64,000 nt of DNA from a bacterium (GCA_965233585.1 CBDDTI010000747.1:736001-800000), one strand, 5' to 3'. Counted from the stretch's first letter, positions 37,717 through 48,135 are shown. Numbers and translations are program-made. The notes: a model not told the origin generated them from the sequence alone.

Positions 37717-39615
37717 ATGGCATATCTTGTCTTGGCTCGTAAACTTCGCCCCAAAGTCTTTCAAGATTTATTGGGTCAAGAGTCCACTGCTCAAATCTTG
37801 CAAAATGCAATCTTGCAAAATCGTGTAGCCCATGCGTTTTTATTTTCAGGTTCAAGAGGGGTTGGCAAAACCAGTGCTGCGAGGATTCTGACAAAAGCCT
37901 TGAATTGTGAAAATCCTCAAGGATCGAATCCATGCAACATTTGTTCAATTTGTGTGGAAATTGAGCAAAATGCTTCCCCCGATGTTTACGAAATTGATGC
38001 GGCATCTAATCGTGGAGTAGAAAATATCCGAGAGCTTCGGTCTCATCTCAAATACAAGCCCGCACGTTGCAAACAAAAAATTTATATCATTGATGAGGCT
38101 CACATGCTGACGTTAGAGTCTTTTAATGCCTTACTTAAAACGTTAGAAGAACCCCCTGAACATGTGAAGTTTATCTTAGCAACAACGGATCCTCATAAAT
38201 TGCCCTCCACTGTGGTTTCAAGGTGTCAACGTTATGATTTTTTAAAAGTGCCTCACGAGACAATGGTTTCGTATCTTGCCCAAGTTGCCAAGACGGAAGG
38301 CATTGGTGTTTCGCAAACAGTGATTGATGCCATTGTCAAAAAAGCAACAGGAGGAATGCGAGACGCCTTGACAGCATTAGACCAAGTGAGAAATCATGCA
38401 GAATATGCCCAAACTGACAGTGAGATTTTGAGTAGTCTTGGCATTATTGAAGACCAAGCCAGTTTTGAACTTTTAGAGGCGATTTGGAGCAAAGATGCTA
38501 TCAAAGCTGTTGAATTATTGAACCAAATCCGCAATTATGGGCATGACTTGCAAGACATTCATTCAGAATTGCTGAGACTGGTGAAAAATTTTACACTTGT
38601 TCAGCTGATGTTGACGCAACAAACAGAATTACCACCGACTTTGTTTCAAGATGTTAGCCAAGCCGAAATCAGTTTTTTTAAGAAGTTTGCGACTCAAATC
38701 ACAGCAAATGAGGCTCAGCAGGCATTTTATATCTTGTTGGAGCTTGAAAAAAACTTAAAGCAAAGTGCATGGGCGCAAATTTGTTTTGAGATGGCGATCT
38801 TGCAGATGGTCTCTATTTCATCATTGGTCGGTCTGCCCGAGCTACTGGAATCAGTTAAAAAGTTACCGCAATCTCAAAGTCAAAATCATGTGGCAACCTC
38901 TGCATTGGCAAGCATTAGAGAACGATCAAACCAAAAAAAAAAATTAACTTCTAGCGTTGCACCAAGCCCCATCTCAAATTCAGAGCCGTTCCAACAAGAG
39001 ACGTCTCAACTGACTCCGACTGTCAAACATCACCAGACTTCAACTCCAAGTGCAGAACAGTCTGAACCTTCTGCAACTCTTCCTGCTACGCAAGAATCCC
39101 AACCTTTAAAAGAAACTTTGCCAAAAAATGAAGAGCTTCCAAAAGAAACACCTCCAGAGTTAACTCCTTCTGCCATTGCTCAGAACTCGGCAACCTCCTT
39201 ACAGACTCCTAAATTTTGGGAAAAATTGGTGGATTTGACACACCATGAATCACAACGAGTCGCCTCTTTTTTAAGACAAAGTCTTTGGGAATGGAAAACA
39301 GACAAACTCCTAACGGTTTATTTTAAGAGTGAAGATGTTTTAAAAATGATCCCTGAAAATTCAGAATTTTTATTGATGAAGGTGATACGAGAGCATTTTT
39401 CTGATTCCAATGCCATTGAAGTAGAGTTTGCGATAGGTCAGCCTGATGAACAGCAAAAAAGTCTTGCCCAACAAGACCATGAAACTCAAGCAAGAGAAGA
39501 ACAACTTGCCAAACAACAACTGATCAATCACCCCAAAGTCCAAAAAATTTTACAACACTTTCCTGATAGCGAAATCGTTCACCTCCAATTAGGAAAGACT
39601 CAGCCACAATCTTAA
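37717..39615 (+). CDS. dnaX: DNA polymerase III subunit gamma/tau
   Basis: MAYLVLARKLRP start, GSRGVGKT, Zn-binding Cys cluster, DEAHML, SRC; the track start at 37660 falls inside the SRP RNA. Confidence 0.97.
   Translation: MAYLVLARKLRPKVFQDLLGQESTAQILQNAILQNRVAHAFLFSGSRGVGKTSAARILTKALNCENPQGSNPCNICSICVEIEQNASPDVYEIDAASNRGVENIRELRSHLKYKPARCKQKIYIIDEAHMLTLESFNALLKTLEEPPEHVKFILATTDPHKLPSTVVSRCQRYDFLKVPHETMVSYLAQVAKTEGIGVSQTVIDAIVKKATGGMRDALTALDQVRNHAEYAQTDSEILSSLGIIEDQASFELLEAIWSKDAIKAVELLNQIRNYGHDLQDIHSELLRLVKNFTLVQLMLTQQTELPPTLFQDVSQAEISFFKKFATQITANEAQQAFYILLELEKNLKQSAWAQICFEMAILQMVSISSLVGLPELLESVKKLPQSQSQNHVATSALASIRERSNQKKKLTSSVAPSPISNSEPFQQETSQLTPTVKHHQTSTPSAEQSEPSATLPATQESQPLKETLPKNEELPKETPPELTPSAIAQNSATSLQTPKFWEKLVDLTHHESQRVASFLRQSLWEWKTDKLLTVYFKSEDVLKMIPENSEFLLMKVIREHFSDSNAIEVEFAIGQPDEQQKSLAQQDHETQAREEQLAKQQLINHPKVQKILQHFPDSEIVHLQLGKTQPQS
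38933..38943 (+). other. A11 slippery tract in dnaX
   Basis: C-A11-TTAACTTCTAG; stops in both shifted frames. Confidence 0.7.
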
Positions 39616-39631
39616 ATAAAGAGGTCCAATT

Positions 39632-39940
39632 ATGATGGAAGAATTGATGAAACGCGCCCAAGAGTTCGCAAGCTCTATGCAAGACCAGCAAGGGGAGCTT
39701 GCACAAAAAACAATAGATGTTTCTGTTGGAGGAGACATGGTACAAATGACATTCAATGGCAATCAGGAGTTGGTGAGTGTGAAGCTGTCACCTGAAGTGA
39801 TTGACTCTAACGAACCGCAAGTTTTAGAGGATTTGATCCGATCTGCTGTCAATGAAGGGATTGAAAAAAGCAAAAAAATCATTCAAGAAGAGTTGGGTAA
39901 AAAGTTAGGAGGGTTGAAAATACCGGGACTCAATTCATAA
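39632..39940 (+). CDS. ybaB: YbaB/EbfC nucleoid-associated protein
   Basis: VGGDMVQM, LEDLIRSAVN, GGLKIPG; follows dnaX. Confidence 0.93.
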   Translation: MMEELMKRAQEFASSMQDQQGELAQKTIDVSVGGDMVQMTFNGNQELVSVKLSPEVIDSNEPQVLEDLIRSAVNEGIEKSKKIIQEELGKKLGGLKIPGLNS

Positions 39941-39950
39941 ACTCAGCCAC

Positions 39951-42539
39951 ATGTGCCAACGTCTTTTGTGTCTTTTACCGAAGCAGTTTGTTGGCACTTT
40001 CTTCTTCTGCCTTGCCCTACAAGTCTATGCACAATCTTCAGATACCTCTCTCAAAATCAAGGCAACTGGCTATCGTTTTGACCAAAAGACTCAAACTTAT
40101 ACCTACTATGATGCTCTAATTTCATGGGGGGAGGTGAGTTTTGAAGCAGATGAGGTGAGGTATCATCAGCCAACCAAGTCTTTGGAAGCATCTGGGAATG
40201 TCCGTTTGTTTTCTCCTCAATTTACTGCGGTGATGGACGGCATTCAAGCAGATTTGGAAACGAATAATTTTTCTCTGGAAAATGCCACGTTGTATGACTG
40301 GGAGACTCAAACTTATTTTCGTGCCAAACGTATTCATCAAACCTCTCCAACTAGCTTTGTTGCAGAAGATTGTGTTTTTACAACATGCCCTCCTGAATCT
40401 TCAGCATGGGAGGTGGAAGGCTCAACGCTAGAATATCACGACCAAAGTGTCTCAAACATTTGGCACGCTAGATTGCGCATTGCCAACGTCCCTGTCTTTT
40501 ATTCCCCCTATTTTGCTTGGCCAACTGTCACACGTCGCCGCTCTGGATTTTTGATTCCCCGCTATGAATCACTCACATCAGGTGGGGGTGAGCGATTTGA
40601 CTTAGGTTCAAAGATTTCTGTGCCTTATTTTCTGGTGTTGGGAGAAGAACATGATGTGACGTTGACGGCAGATTGGATTGAAAAACGGGGTATTGGTCAA
40701 GAAGTGGATTATCAATATGCTTTCCGTCAAGGATTGCGTGGGAATCTGAAGGCATGGGCTATTGATGAAACCCATGATAGAAGTCCTGAAGAAGTACGAG
40801 GAGAAGACCCACGCCCCAGACGCTTTAGGGGTGAATGGAATCATAACCAAGTTTGGAATGCACAAACACGATTGATCATTTCTGCCTTGGCATATAGTGA
40901 TTCTCAAGTGCAAAGAGAATATGAACGTGTTATCCAACCTGACCCCAACTATCAAAGGCTTTTTCGTGCCTCATTGTCTCAACAATTAGAACGTGGAGAT
41001 TGGTTGCTACGGGTGAGCCGCGAGTCTGTCTATCAAAACATAGACCTCTATGATCAGAGTATAGACCTTGCCCACCCTCAACGCTTGCCAGAGTTTCAAT
41101 TCTTTTGGAATGACTTCTTTTTTGACAAATCTGTCTCTTTAGAATCAGACTTGTCTGCCATTCGTTTTGAAAGAGAATATGGATTGAATGGCTCGCGTGA
41201 AATCATCACGCCACGAATTGGTTACCGTTTCTCAAGTCTTGTTCAAACTACGTTTCAATATGGTCAACGCTTTTCCCAATATCAAGTGTACAACAGGTCA
41301 GAAGATGCTGTCGTTTTTCAAGATAACACTATCGCACTAGAGCCTTTTGAAAAAAAAGAGTTTGGATACCAAATTCATTTGTTTGATTGGGAAGCCAACA
41401 CCCAAGTTTTTAAAGTTTGGCAAAGTGATGGAGAGGTTTTTAGCAGGTTCAAGCATCTTCTCAAACCACGTTTGCGTTACGAATGGATTGAAGACGTGGC
41501 ACAAAATGAATCACGAAAAATCAAAACAAAGCGATTTGAATCTCCACGAGTGAAAGATGAAGAGAACAGAGAGAAAGTCAGAGATTACTTTGATGCCGAA
41601 GACCAAAAAGCTGGTAAGAGGCTCGTGATTTTGAGGTTTGACAATGTGTTGCTTGCCAAAGAAAAATCTGTCACTCCTCGTGTGGAATTGACAGGGTATT
41701 CTTTGCAACAGCTTCGTACGAATGGGTTGTCAGAAGACACTTTGCGAAAACTGTCAAGCTTGGTAGGTCGCCATTTTTTGTCAGAATTTGAGTTTTTACA
41801 GCAAATGGAGCTGTTGCTTCAAGGTCAGATGACACAAGAAGACAAGGCAAAAATCCTGCTGGCGCTAGAACGCTCCATCGTGCAGTTCAATCGTAATCGT
41901 CCAAGTCTCAAGGTGGACAGCTGGATTGTTGGCAAGCTCAATGTCATTCAGCGGTATAACATTTTAAGACAAGACAAGGATTTTGAACCGATTGGACCCA
42001 TGATTGAAAAGCAAGAGACCGAAGCAGGTCAACCTCTTTTACCACTGATTTTGGAAGGGACATGGAAACTGCAAGAAAATTTTTCTGTGGATTTGACAAC
42101 ACGGTATCATCATCAATTAAGGCGTGTGGTAGAGTCTAAATCTGTTTTGCGGGTGAAGTTTAACCAGACCGACCAAGCCACTGTGAATTATCACAAAAAC
42201 GAGGAAGATTATCGCACACCTGACAATGAATTTTTTGCCAAAACCAATACGTTGGGCTTTGACAATTCGTTTGCATTAACTAATGAGATGATTATTGGAG
42301 TGTCTGGCAAATTCAATCTTGATGCTTCTACCCAGACAACGCTCAATCGCAGGTTGGTTGAGGATTCTATCTCCGTGACGTGGATTCCTGACTGTTACAC
42401 CGTGAATGTTCAATTTAAGGAGGTCGTGGTTCAAGAAGAAAGGTCTGGTCAGGACGAGGCTTTCCTTGACCAGTCTATTATCCTAAACATTACATTAGGC
42501 AAAGCAATCTCTCTCCCCAGTCAAGCAGTGAGCTTATGA
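39951..42539 (+). CDS. lptD: LPS-assembly outer-membrane protein LptD
   Basis: Jelly-roll N-domain, FTTCPP..AW, VPVFYSPY, RRSGFLIP, C-terminal DCY. Confidence 0.85.
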   Translation: MCQRLLCLLPKQFVGTFFFCLALQVYAQSSDTSLKIKATGYRFDQKTQTYTYYDALISWGEVSFEADEVRYHQPTKSLEASGNVRLFSPQFTAVMDGIQADLETNNFSLENATLYDWETQTYFRAKRIHQTSPTSFVAEDCVFTTCPPESSAWEVEGSTLEYHDQSVSNIWHARLRIANVPVFYSPYFAWPTVTRRRSGFLIPRYESLTSGGGERFDLGSKISVPYFLVLGEEHDVTLTADWIEKRGIGQEVDYQYAFRQGLRGNLKAWAIDETHDRSPEEVRGEDPRPRRFRGEWNHNQVWNAQTRLIISALAYSDSQVQREYERVIQPDPNYQRLFRASLSQQLERGDWLLRVSRESVYQNIDLYDQSIDLAHPQRLPEFQFFWNDFFFDKSVSLESDLSAIRFEREYGLNGSREIITPRIGYRFSSLVQTTFQYGQRFSQYQVYNRSEDAVVFQDNTIALEPFEKKEFGYQIHLFDWEANTQVFKVWQSDGEVFSRFKHLLKPRLRYEWIEDVAQNESRKIKTKRFESPRVKDEENREKVRDYFDAEDQKAGKRLVILRFDNVLLAKEKSVTPRVELTGYSLQQLRTNGLSEDTLRKLSSLVGRHFLSEFEFLQQMELLLQGQMTQEDKAKILLALERSIVQFNRNRPSLKVDSWIVGKLNVIQRYNILRQDKDFEPIGPMIEKQETEAGQPLLPLILEGTWKLQENFSVDLTTRYHHQLRRVVESKSVLRVKFNQTDQATVNYHKNEEDYRTPDNEFFAKTNTLGFDNSFALTNEMIIGVSGKFNLDASTQTTLNRRLVEDSISVTWIPDCYTVNVQFKEVVVQEERSGQDEAFLDQSIILNITLGKAISLPSQAVSL

Positions 42540-43201
42540 AAAGACTTTTTTGTTTGACTTTCTTGATTGCGTTAAGCAGTTCGCTTGGGGCGCAGGAACA
42601 GCAAATTTTTAAAAAGCATGGTGTGAGAACCTCTGAACCTGTCTTTTTGGAAGACCTTAATTTGCAACGTTCTGAAGTTGCCTATTTTGGATTTGGTGCG
42701 CAACATTTTATGTTACAGCCAGCGAAGGGGCCCAAAACAAATAACACAGACTCCTCCACAAATGGAGTAGCTTTTAATTTGGGATATTTCACACGGGATT
42801 GGGTGGCAGAATATGCACAACAGATTTTGCTGACAGACCTTGATGAAAGTTTGATTTTTGATGATGAAGAATTTGATTTTGTGAATGTCGTGCAACATCA
42901 TTTTTTGGTGCAAATCCCAAGAAGACTTGTTGAAAATCTGCATTTTAGTTTTGGAGGGGGGCTTCAACTTTCTGAAGTACATTTGTTTTCTGATGACAAA
43001 AAAGAAGATGAAAAATTAAAGCATGAGTATTCTATTTTGATGGGATTTGGACTGACCTTTTTTATGACAAAGACAGTGTCAATCAAGGCACAGCTGGCAA
43101 GGGCTATGGCAGCACCTGTCTTCAATGACTCAAAAGAATCTATTTTTAAAGCATCTGAAATTTTCACTGTTTTTTTGGAATACTATTTTAGTTTGAAGTG
43201 A
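42536..43201 (+). CDS. Hypothetical exported protein, probably a small beta-barrel
   Basis: Signal peptide, alternating amphipathic strands, YYF near the C-terminus. Confidence 0.65.
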   Translation: MKRLFCLTFLIALSSSLGAQEQQIFKKHGVRTSEPVFLEDLNLQRSEVAYFGFGAQHFMLQPAKGPKTNNTDSSTNGVAFNLGYFTRDWVAEYAQQILLTDLDESLIFDDEEFDFVNVVQHHFLVQIPRRLVENLHFSFGGGLQLSEVHLFSDDKKEDEKLKHEYSILMGFGLTFFMTKTVSIKAQLARAMAAPVFNDSKESIFKASEIFTVFLEYYFSLK

Positions 43202-43208
43202 GGAAAAG

Positions 43209-44849
43209 TCACCTTTTCAGCTTTTCAATGAGAAAAAAGACAGTCAGGGAAAGGAGCATGAGAATCACACCAGCTGCTGACGCATGTTCAAAGCGATAAC
43301 CTCCCAGTGCCGCATAAATTTCCAAAGGGAGTGTGTGGATAGATTCATCGGTAATCATCAAAATTGCATTTAACTCTCCAAGAGACAGAGCAAAAGAGAC
43401 TGCAAATGCCAAAAAAAGGGACTGGCTTAACCAGGGATACAAGACTTTGAGGCAAAAAGACCATGACCGCACCCCAAGGACACGCGACTCTTGAAACCAC
43501 CTTTGAGGGATAGAATCCCAAACAGGCAAAATAAGTCTTAACCAATAAGGAGATGCCAAAACCGCATGCGTCATCACAATGACGACAAGCAAGGGAACAT
43601 CTTGAACGACGGGGCGTTGTCTCCAATAAAACCATGCGACGCCAAGAACGACTGAAGACAATGCCATTGGCAAAAGCAAAATGGCTTCCCACTCACGTCT
43701 ATAACGACGCACTTGATGCAAAAACATCAAGATTCCCACGCCAATCAATGCTGTTGTAAATGCTCCTAAAATTCCGATGTGCAAAGAGTTCCACAAGGAC
43801 ACTAAGAATGAGGATTCTTGCAGACTGAACAAATCTTGATAGGTTTGCAATGACCACTTTCCAGAGATGATGAGCGAGTCCAAGACCAAACTGACCAGAG
43901 GAACTCCCGAAAAAAACATCGCCACAAATGCCCATAACAATAAAAACCACGCTTTCAAATGGAACTTTATTAAATCATCAGAAAATCTTGGGGACACTTT
44001 TTGTTGTTGCTTGGGAGGTGTGAGTGTTTGATGCAAAAACAAGAATAGGGTGCATAAGGCAATGAGAGCTTGCAAAAGAGATAGCATGACTGCACCTGAA
44101 AAATCCAAGTCAATTCTTGCTAACTGATAAATCAAAACCTCAATCGTTGTATGCCTTACACCGCCACCCAAAACCAAAATGATTGCAAAGCTATTGAGAC
44201 ACATGAGGAAAATCAAGACAAAAGCACTTGCGAAAGAAGGTAGCATCATAGGCAACCACACTGACCAAACATAACGCCACCAGCTCACTCCAAGTGATTG
44301 GGAGACGTAAACATATTTGACCGATAGCTTCCCCCATTGCTCACTCACTAAAACCATCGCAAGTGGGTAATTGTAGAACACATGCCCTATGATGATTCCC
44401 CAAAATGAATACAACACTTGGATAGGAGGGTCTGATAAATTGAACAAATCCATCAAAAAAAGATTCAACCAGCCTTTGTTGCCTAAAAATAAAACCATTG
44501 TCAAGACAACTAAAATAGAGGGGAGGAGAAATGGCAAAAATGCTAATTTTTCAAAAAAAGCCTTCCCGAAAAATGAATAATGACTAAACAAATAAGCACC
44601 CGGTGTGGCAATCACAATAGACAGCAAGGCACTGACTGAGGCTTGCTTCACAGAAAACAACACGACCTGTTGATTCCATGAATCACTCCAAAAATCCCAA
44701 AAAAAATAAAGATTTAAAGCAGATTCATCAGGTTTCCATGGATTTTGACCCATTAGGAAAAAGAACACAGGTAAGTAAAAGGCTCCTAACAAGACAAACC
44801 ATGCAAACGCTTTGATGCTGAACGCAAGACATCTTTCAAATAAAAACAT
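43209..44849 (-). CDS. ABC transporter permease, ThiP/FbpB type (two TM modules)
   Basis: LPFLLP, GHVFYNYP, SLG, TTIEVLIY, SLGE, TLPLEIY. Confidence 0.88.
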   Translation of the reverse strand: MFLFERCLAFSIKAFAWFVLLGAFYLPVFFFLMGQNPWKPDESALNLYFFWDFWSDSWNQQVVLFSVKQASVSALLSIVIATPGAYLFSHYSFFGKAFFEKLAFLPFLLPSILVVLTMVLFLGNKGWLNLFLMDLFNLSDPPIQVLYSFWGIIIGHVFYNYPLAMVLVSEQWGKLSVKYVYVSQSLGVSWWRYVWSVWLPMMLPSFASAFVLIFLMCLNSFAIILVLGGGVRHTTIEVLIYQLARIDLDFSGAVMLSLLQALIALCTLFLFLHQTLTPPKQQQKVSPRFSDDLIKFHLKAWFLLLWAFVAMFFSGVPLVSLVLDSLIISGKWSLQTYQDLFSLQESSFLVSLWNSLHIGILGAFTTALIGVGILMFLHQVRRYRREWEAILLLPMALSSVVLGVAWFYWRQRPVVQDVPLLVVIVMTHAVLASPYWLRLILPVWDSIPQRWFQESRVLGVRSWSFCLKVLYPWLSQSLFLAFAVSFALSLGELNAILMITDESIHTLPLEIYAALGGYRFEHASAAGVILMLLSLTVFFLIEKLKR

Positions 44850-44867
44850 ACTTGGTTGGTGGATAGA

Positions 44868-44896
44868 TTGACAAACTATTAGAGGATTGCTACCAT
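44868..44896 (+). promoter_or_regulatory. sigma70 promoter of the ffh-rpsP-rimM-trmD-rplS operon
   Basis: TTGACA-17 nt-TACCAT with an extended -10 TG. Confidence 0.7.
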
Positions 44897-44957
44897 AAAA
44901 GGTTTTTCTAAATATCTTCTAAGGGTTTCATCAATTTGCCTTTAGACACGAAGCGTC

Positions 44958-46289
44958 ATGTTTGATTCACTCACTGAAAAATTTTCTAAAACCTTCCGAA
45001 AGATTCAAGGGCGGGGCAGATTAAATGAAGACAATATCGCCAGTGCTTTGAAGGAAGTGAGAGTAGCACTTTTGGAAGCAGATGTGAATTTTCGTGTAGT
45101 GAAAGCCTTTACAAGGGCAGTGAAAGAAAGGGCATTGGGTCAAGAAGTTCAAGGGAGTTTGACGCCCGGTCAGCAATTCTTCAAAATTGTTCAAGATGAG
45201 CTGACTCACATGATGGGAGAAGAAACAGTTGCTTTGAATGGTCATGCTCAAGGGACATCAATTGTGATGTTTGTTGGACTTCAAGGGGCAGGCAAGACCT
45301 CGTCTGTGGGAAAACTGGCAAGGTTTCTTCAAAATTCTGGCAAACAGCCGTACCTGATTCCTGCTGACATTTATCGTCCTGCTGCCATTGAGCAGCTGCA
45401 GGTGATTGCCAAATCCCTCAACCTTCCATGTTACAATTCTAACACTGACCAGACACCTGTCCAGATTGTTCAAAACGCATTAGAGGAAGGGCAAGCAGAT
45501 TATTTTTTGATTGACACAGCAGGACGTTTGCATATTGACGATGACCTCATGCAAGAGCTTGAAGAACTGCAAAGGCAATTTTCACCCCATGAAACCTTGT
45601 TTGTGGCTGATGCCATGACAGGTCAAGATGCTGTGAGTGTGGCGAAGACCTTCAGTGAAAGGATTGAGATTACAGGTGTGATGCTGACCAAAATGGACGG
45701 AGACGCCAGAGGTGGTGCTGCACTTTCTATTCGTGCTGTCACAGAGAAGCCTATTAAATTCATCACGGTCGGTGAGAAAACAGACAATTTAGAGCCGTTT
45801 CACCCTGACAGAATTGCCTCAAGAATTTTAGGCATGGGTGATTTGATGTCACTCATTGAAAAGGCAGAAAATGTCATCACTGATGAAGAATCTCATAGCA
45901 TTGTTCAAAAGCATCGTCAGAATGAATTTACGCTTGTGGACTTCCAAGCACAGCTTCGCGCCATGCAAAAAATCGGATCGTTCAAAGATTTTGTGCGTAT
46001 GATTCCCGGAATCAGTGCCTCTATGAGAAACAAAGACCTTGACGAAGGGAAGCTCAAGCGGATTGATGCCATCATTTGTTCCATGACTGCGAAGGAACGT
46101 CAAAATTCAAAAATCATTAACGGCTCAAGACGCAAGAGAATTGCACAAGGAAGTGGGACTTCTGTGAGTGAAATTAATAGGCTACTCAAGCAGTTTCATC
46201 AAATACAAAAGATGATGTATAAGTTGGCAAATACCAAAGATTCACGCAAAGCATCGCAGTTGATGCAAAATTTTACAAGTAATTATTAA
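44958..46289 (+). CDS. ffh: Signal recognition particle protein
   Basis: [47 protein letters not shown]. Confidence 0.98.
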   Translation: MFDSLTEKFSKTFRKIQGRGRLNEDNIASALKEVRVALLEADVNFRVVKAFTRAVKERALGQEVQGSLTPGQQFFKIVQDELTHMMGEETVALNGHAQGTSIVMFVGLQGAGKTSSVGKLARFLQNSGKQPYLIPADIYRPAAIEQLQVIAKSLNLPCYNSNTDQTPVQIVQNALEEGQADYFLIDTAGRLHIDDDLMQELEELQRQFSPHETLFVADAMTGQDAVSVAKTFSERIEITGVMLTKMDGDARGGAALSIRAVTEKPIKFITVGEKTDNLEPFHPDRIASRILGMGDLMSLIEKAENVITDEESHSIVQKHRQNEFTLVDFQAQLRAMQKIGSFKDFVRMIPGISASMRNKDLDEGKLKRIDAIICSMTAKERQNSKIINGSRRKRIAQGSGTSVSEINRLLKQFHQIQKMMYKLANTKDSRKASQLMQNFTSNY

Positions 46290-46856
46290 ATCTATTTTTC
46301 TAGGAAAAACAAAAGATGGTGAAAATTCGTCTAGCTCTTGCTGGTGCTAAAAAGAGACCTTATTATCATGTCGTCGTCGCAGATGTCCGTTCTAAACGTG
46401 ATGGAAAGTTCATTGAAAAGGTCGGGCATTATGACCCTATGCACACTCAAAATCGTTCTAGTTTCAAGTGGCAACGTATAGAACATTAACGGCTCAAGAC
46501 GCAAGAGAATTGCACAAGGAAGTGGGACTTCTGTGAGTGAAATTAATAGGCTACTCAAGCAGTTTCATCAAATACAAAAGATGATGTATAAGTTGGCAAA
46601 TACCAAAGATTCACGCAAAGCATCGCAGTTGATGCAAAATTTTACAAGTAATTATTAAATCTATTTTTCTAGGAAAAACAAAAGATGGTGAAAATTCGTC
46701 TAGCTCTTGCTGGTGCTAAAAAGAGACCTTATTATCATGTCGTCGTCGCAGATGTCCGTTCTAAACGTGATGGAAAGTTCATTGAAAAGGTTGGGCATTA
46801 TGACCCTATGCACACTCAAAATCGTTCTAGTTTCAAGTGGCAACGTATAGAACATT
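46115..46856 (+). repeat. 369-bp tandem duplication covering the ffh 3' end and rpsP 5' part
   Basis: 46115-46483 repeated at 46484-46852; CATT microhomology at the junctions; one difference seen (C46423/T46792). Confidence 0.95.
46316..46489 (+). pseudogene. rpsP: Truncated rpsP copy (57 aa) created by the duplication
   Basis: MVKIRL...RIEH then TAA at the junction. Confidence 0.88.
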
Positions 46857-46927
46857 GGATGTCGGTTGGAGCAAAACCTACTGACAAAGTGCAACGTCTT
46901 ATCAATGAAGTCAGAAAGTCGGCTTGA
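46685..46927 (+). CDS. rpsP: 30S ribosomal protein S16
   Basis: [27 protein letters not shown]. Confidence 0.97.
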   Translation: MVKIRLALAGAKKRPYYHVVVADVRSKRDGKFIEKVGHYDPMHTQNRSSFKWQRIEHWMSVGAKPTDKVQRLINEVRKSA

Positions 46928-47444
46928 TTATCCTGAACATACTCAAATTGCGTATGTTGCAGGAGTGCATGGAGTTCGTGGAAGTGTCAAGCTGTCTTTG
47001 ATGACAGATGCCCCAGAATACTACATGAATTGTGAATCGTTCACGGTGGAAATCCAGCGGGAACTCCAAGCCTTGCAAATTGAATCCATTCGTCTCCATC
47101 AAAATCAATGGATTACTAAATTTCAGGGGATTGAATCAAGGAACGAAGCAGAAGCATTGCGAGGGTGTCGTGTCTTTTTGGAAGACTCAAAACTGAGACC
47201 TCTTGCAGAAAATGAAGTTTTTTATCATCAACTGATTGGTTGTGATGTGAAAACGATGGAAGATGTGCTTGTTGGGCAGATTGTTGACATTTTGGAAACA
47301 GGTGCAAATGATGTGTACGTCATCAAAAATGGAGACAGCGAGGTTTTGATTCCTGCCACTCCTGAAGTGATACGTTCCAGAAATGTGCAAGAGAAGATGA
47401 TTTTGATTGAGCCATTTCCCGGTCTGTTAGATGATGCAATTTGA
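46905..47444 (+). CDS. rimM: Ribosome maturation factor RimM
   Basis: HGVRG, FYHQLIG, TGANDVY, LIP; ATG 46905 preferred. Confidence 0.95.
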   Translation: MKSESRLDYPEHTQIAYVAGVHGVRGSVKLSLMTDAPEYYMNCESFTVEIQRELQALQIESIRLHQNQWITKFQGIESRNEAEALRGCRVFLEDSKLRPLAENEVFYHQLIGCDVKTMEDVLVGQIVDILETGANDVYVIKNGDSEVLIPATPEVIRSRNVQEKMILIEPFPGLLDDAI

Positions 47445-48108
47445 AGTCATCACGTTATTCCCGAATATCTTGGATTCGTTCTTACAAGAAGGTTTGATGT
47501 ATAAGGCAATCCAAAAAGGTGTTTTGTCAGTGAAGACATACAACTTGAGAAATCATGGAATAGGGGAAAGAAGGCAAGTTGACGATGCTCCTTATGGAGG
47601 TGGTGCAGGCATGCTTTTGAGAGTAGAACCCATTTATGAAGCACTGAAAGACAGGAGGGCATCTTACAGAAATCAAGGTCAAAATCTGCATGTTGTGATG
47701 CTCACCCCCCAAGGAACAAGGTACAATCAGCAAAAAGCCAAAGAACTTGCAACTCATTCTGCTGTCGCTTTGTTGTGTGGACGCTATGAGGGTTTTGATG
47801 AAAGGGTTCGCACTTATGTTGATGAAGAGATTTCAGGAGGGGATTTCGTTTGTCTTGGAGGAGAGACGGTAGCGATGACAATCATTGAGTCGGTCGCTCG
47901 CTTGTTACCTGACTTTTTGGGCAATGCTCATTCTCTTGAACAAGAATCGTTCGCAGACCACCTGTTGGAATATCCCCAATACACGAGACCGCAAGAATTT
48001 AAGGGGCTTGGCACTCCTAATGTTTTGTTGTCTGGCAATCATGCAGAAATTGCCAGATGGAGACACGAACAGTCTGTCGTCAGAACAAAGTTAAGACAGA
48101 AAACTTAA
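47431..48108 (+). CDS. trmD: tRNA m1G37 methyltransferase
   Basis: DDAPYGGGAGM, CGRYEGFDER, LEYPQYTRP. Confidence 0.97.
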   Translation: MMQFEVITLFPNILDSFLQEGLMYKAIQKGVLSVKTYNLRNHGIGERRQVDDAPYGGGAGMLLRVEPIYEALKDRRASYRNQGQNLHVVMLTPQGTRYNQQKAKELATHSAVALLCGRYEGFDERVRTYVDEEISGGDFVCLGGETVAMTIIESVARLLPDFLGNAHSLEQESFADHLLEYPQYTRPQEFKGLGTPNVLLSGNHAEIARWRHEQSVVRTKLRQKT

Positions 48109-48135
48109 ACCCATTTATTTTAATTAAGGTATATT

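Noticed and set aside
44850..44957. TPP riboswitch upstream of the ThiP-like permease
   Set aside because: The region is short, holds the ffh promoter, and shows no TPP aptamer motifs.
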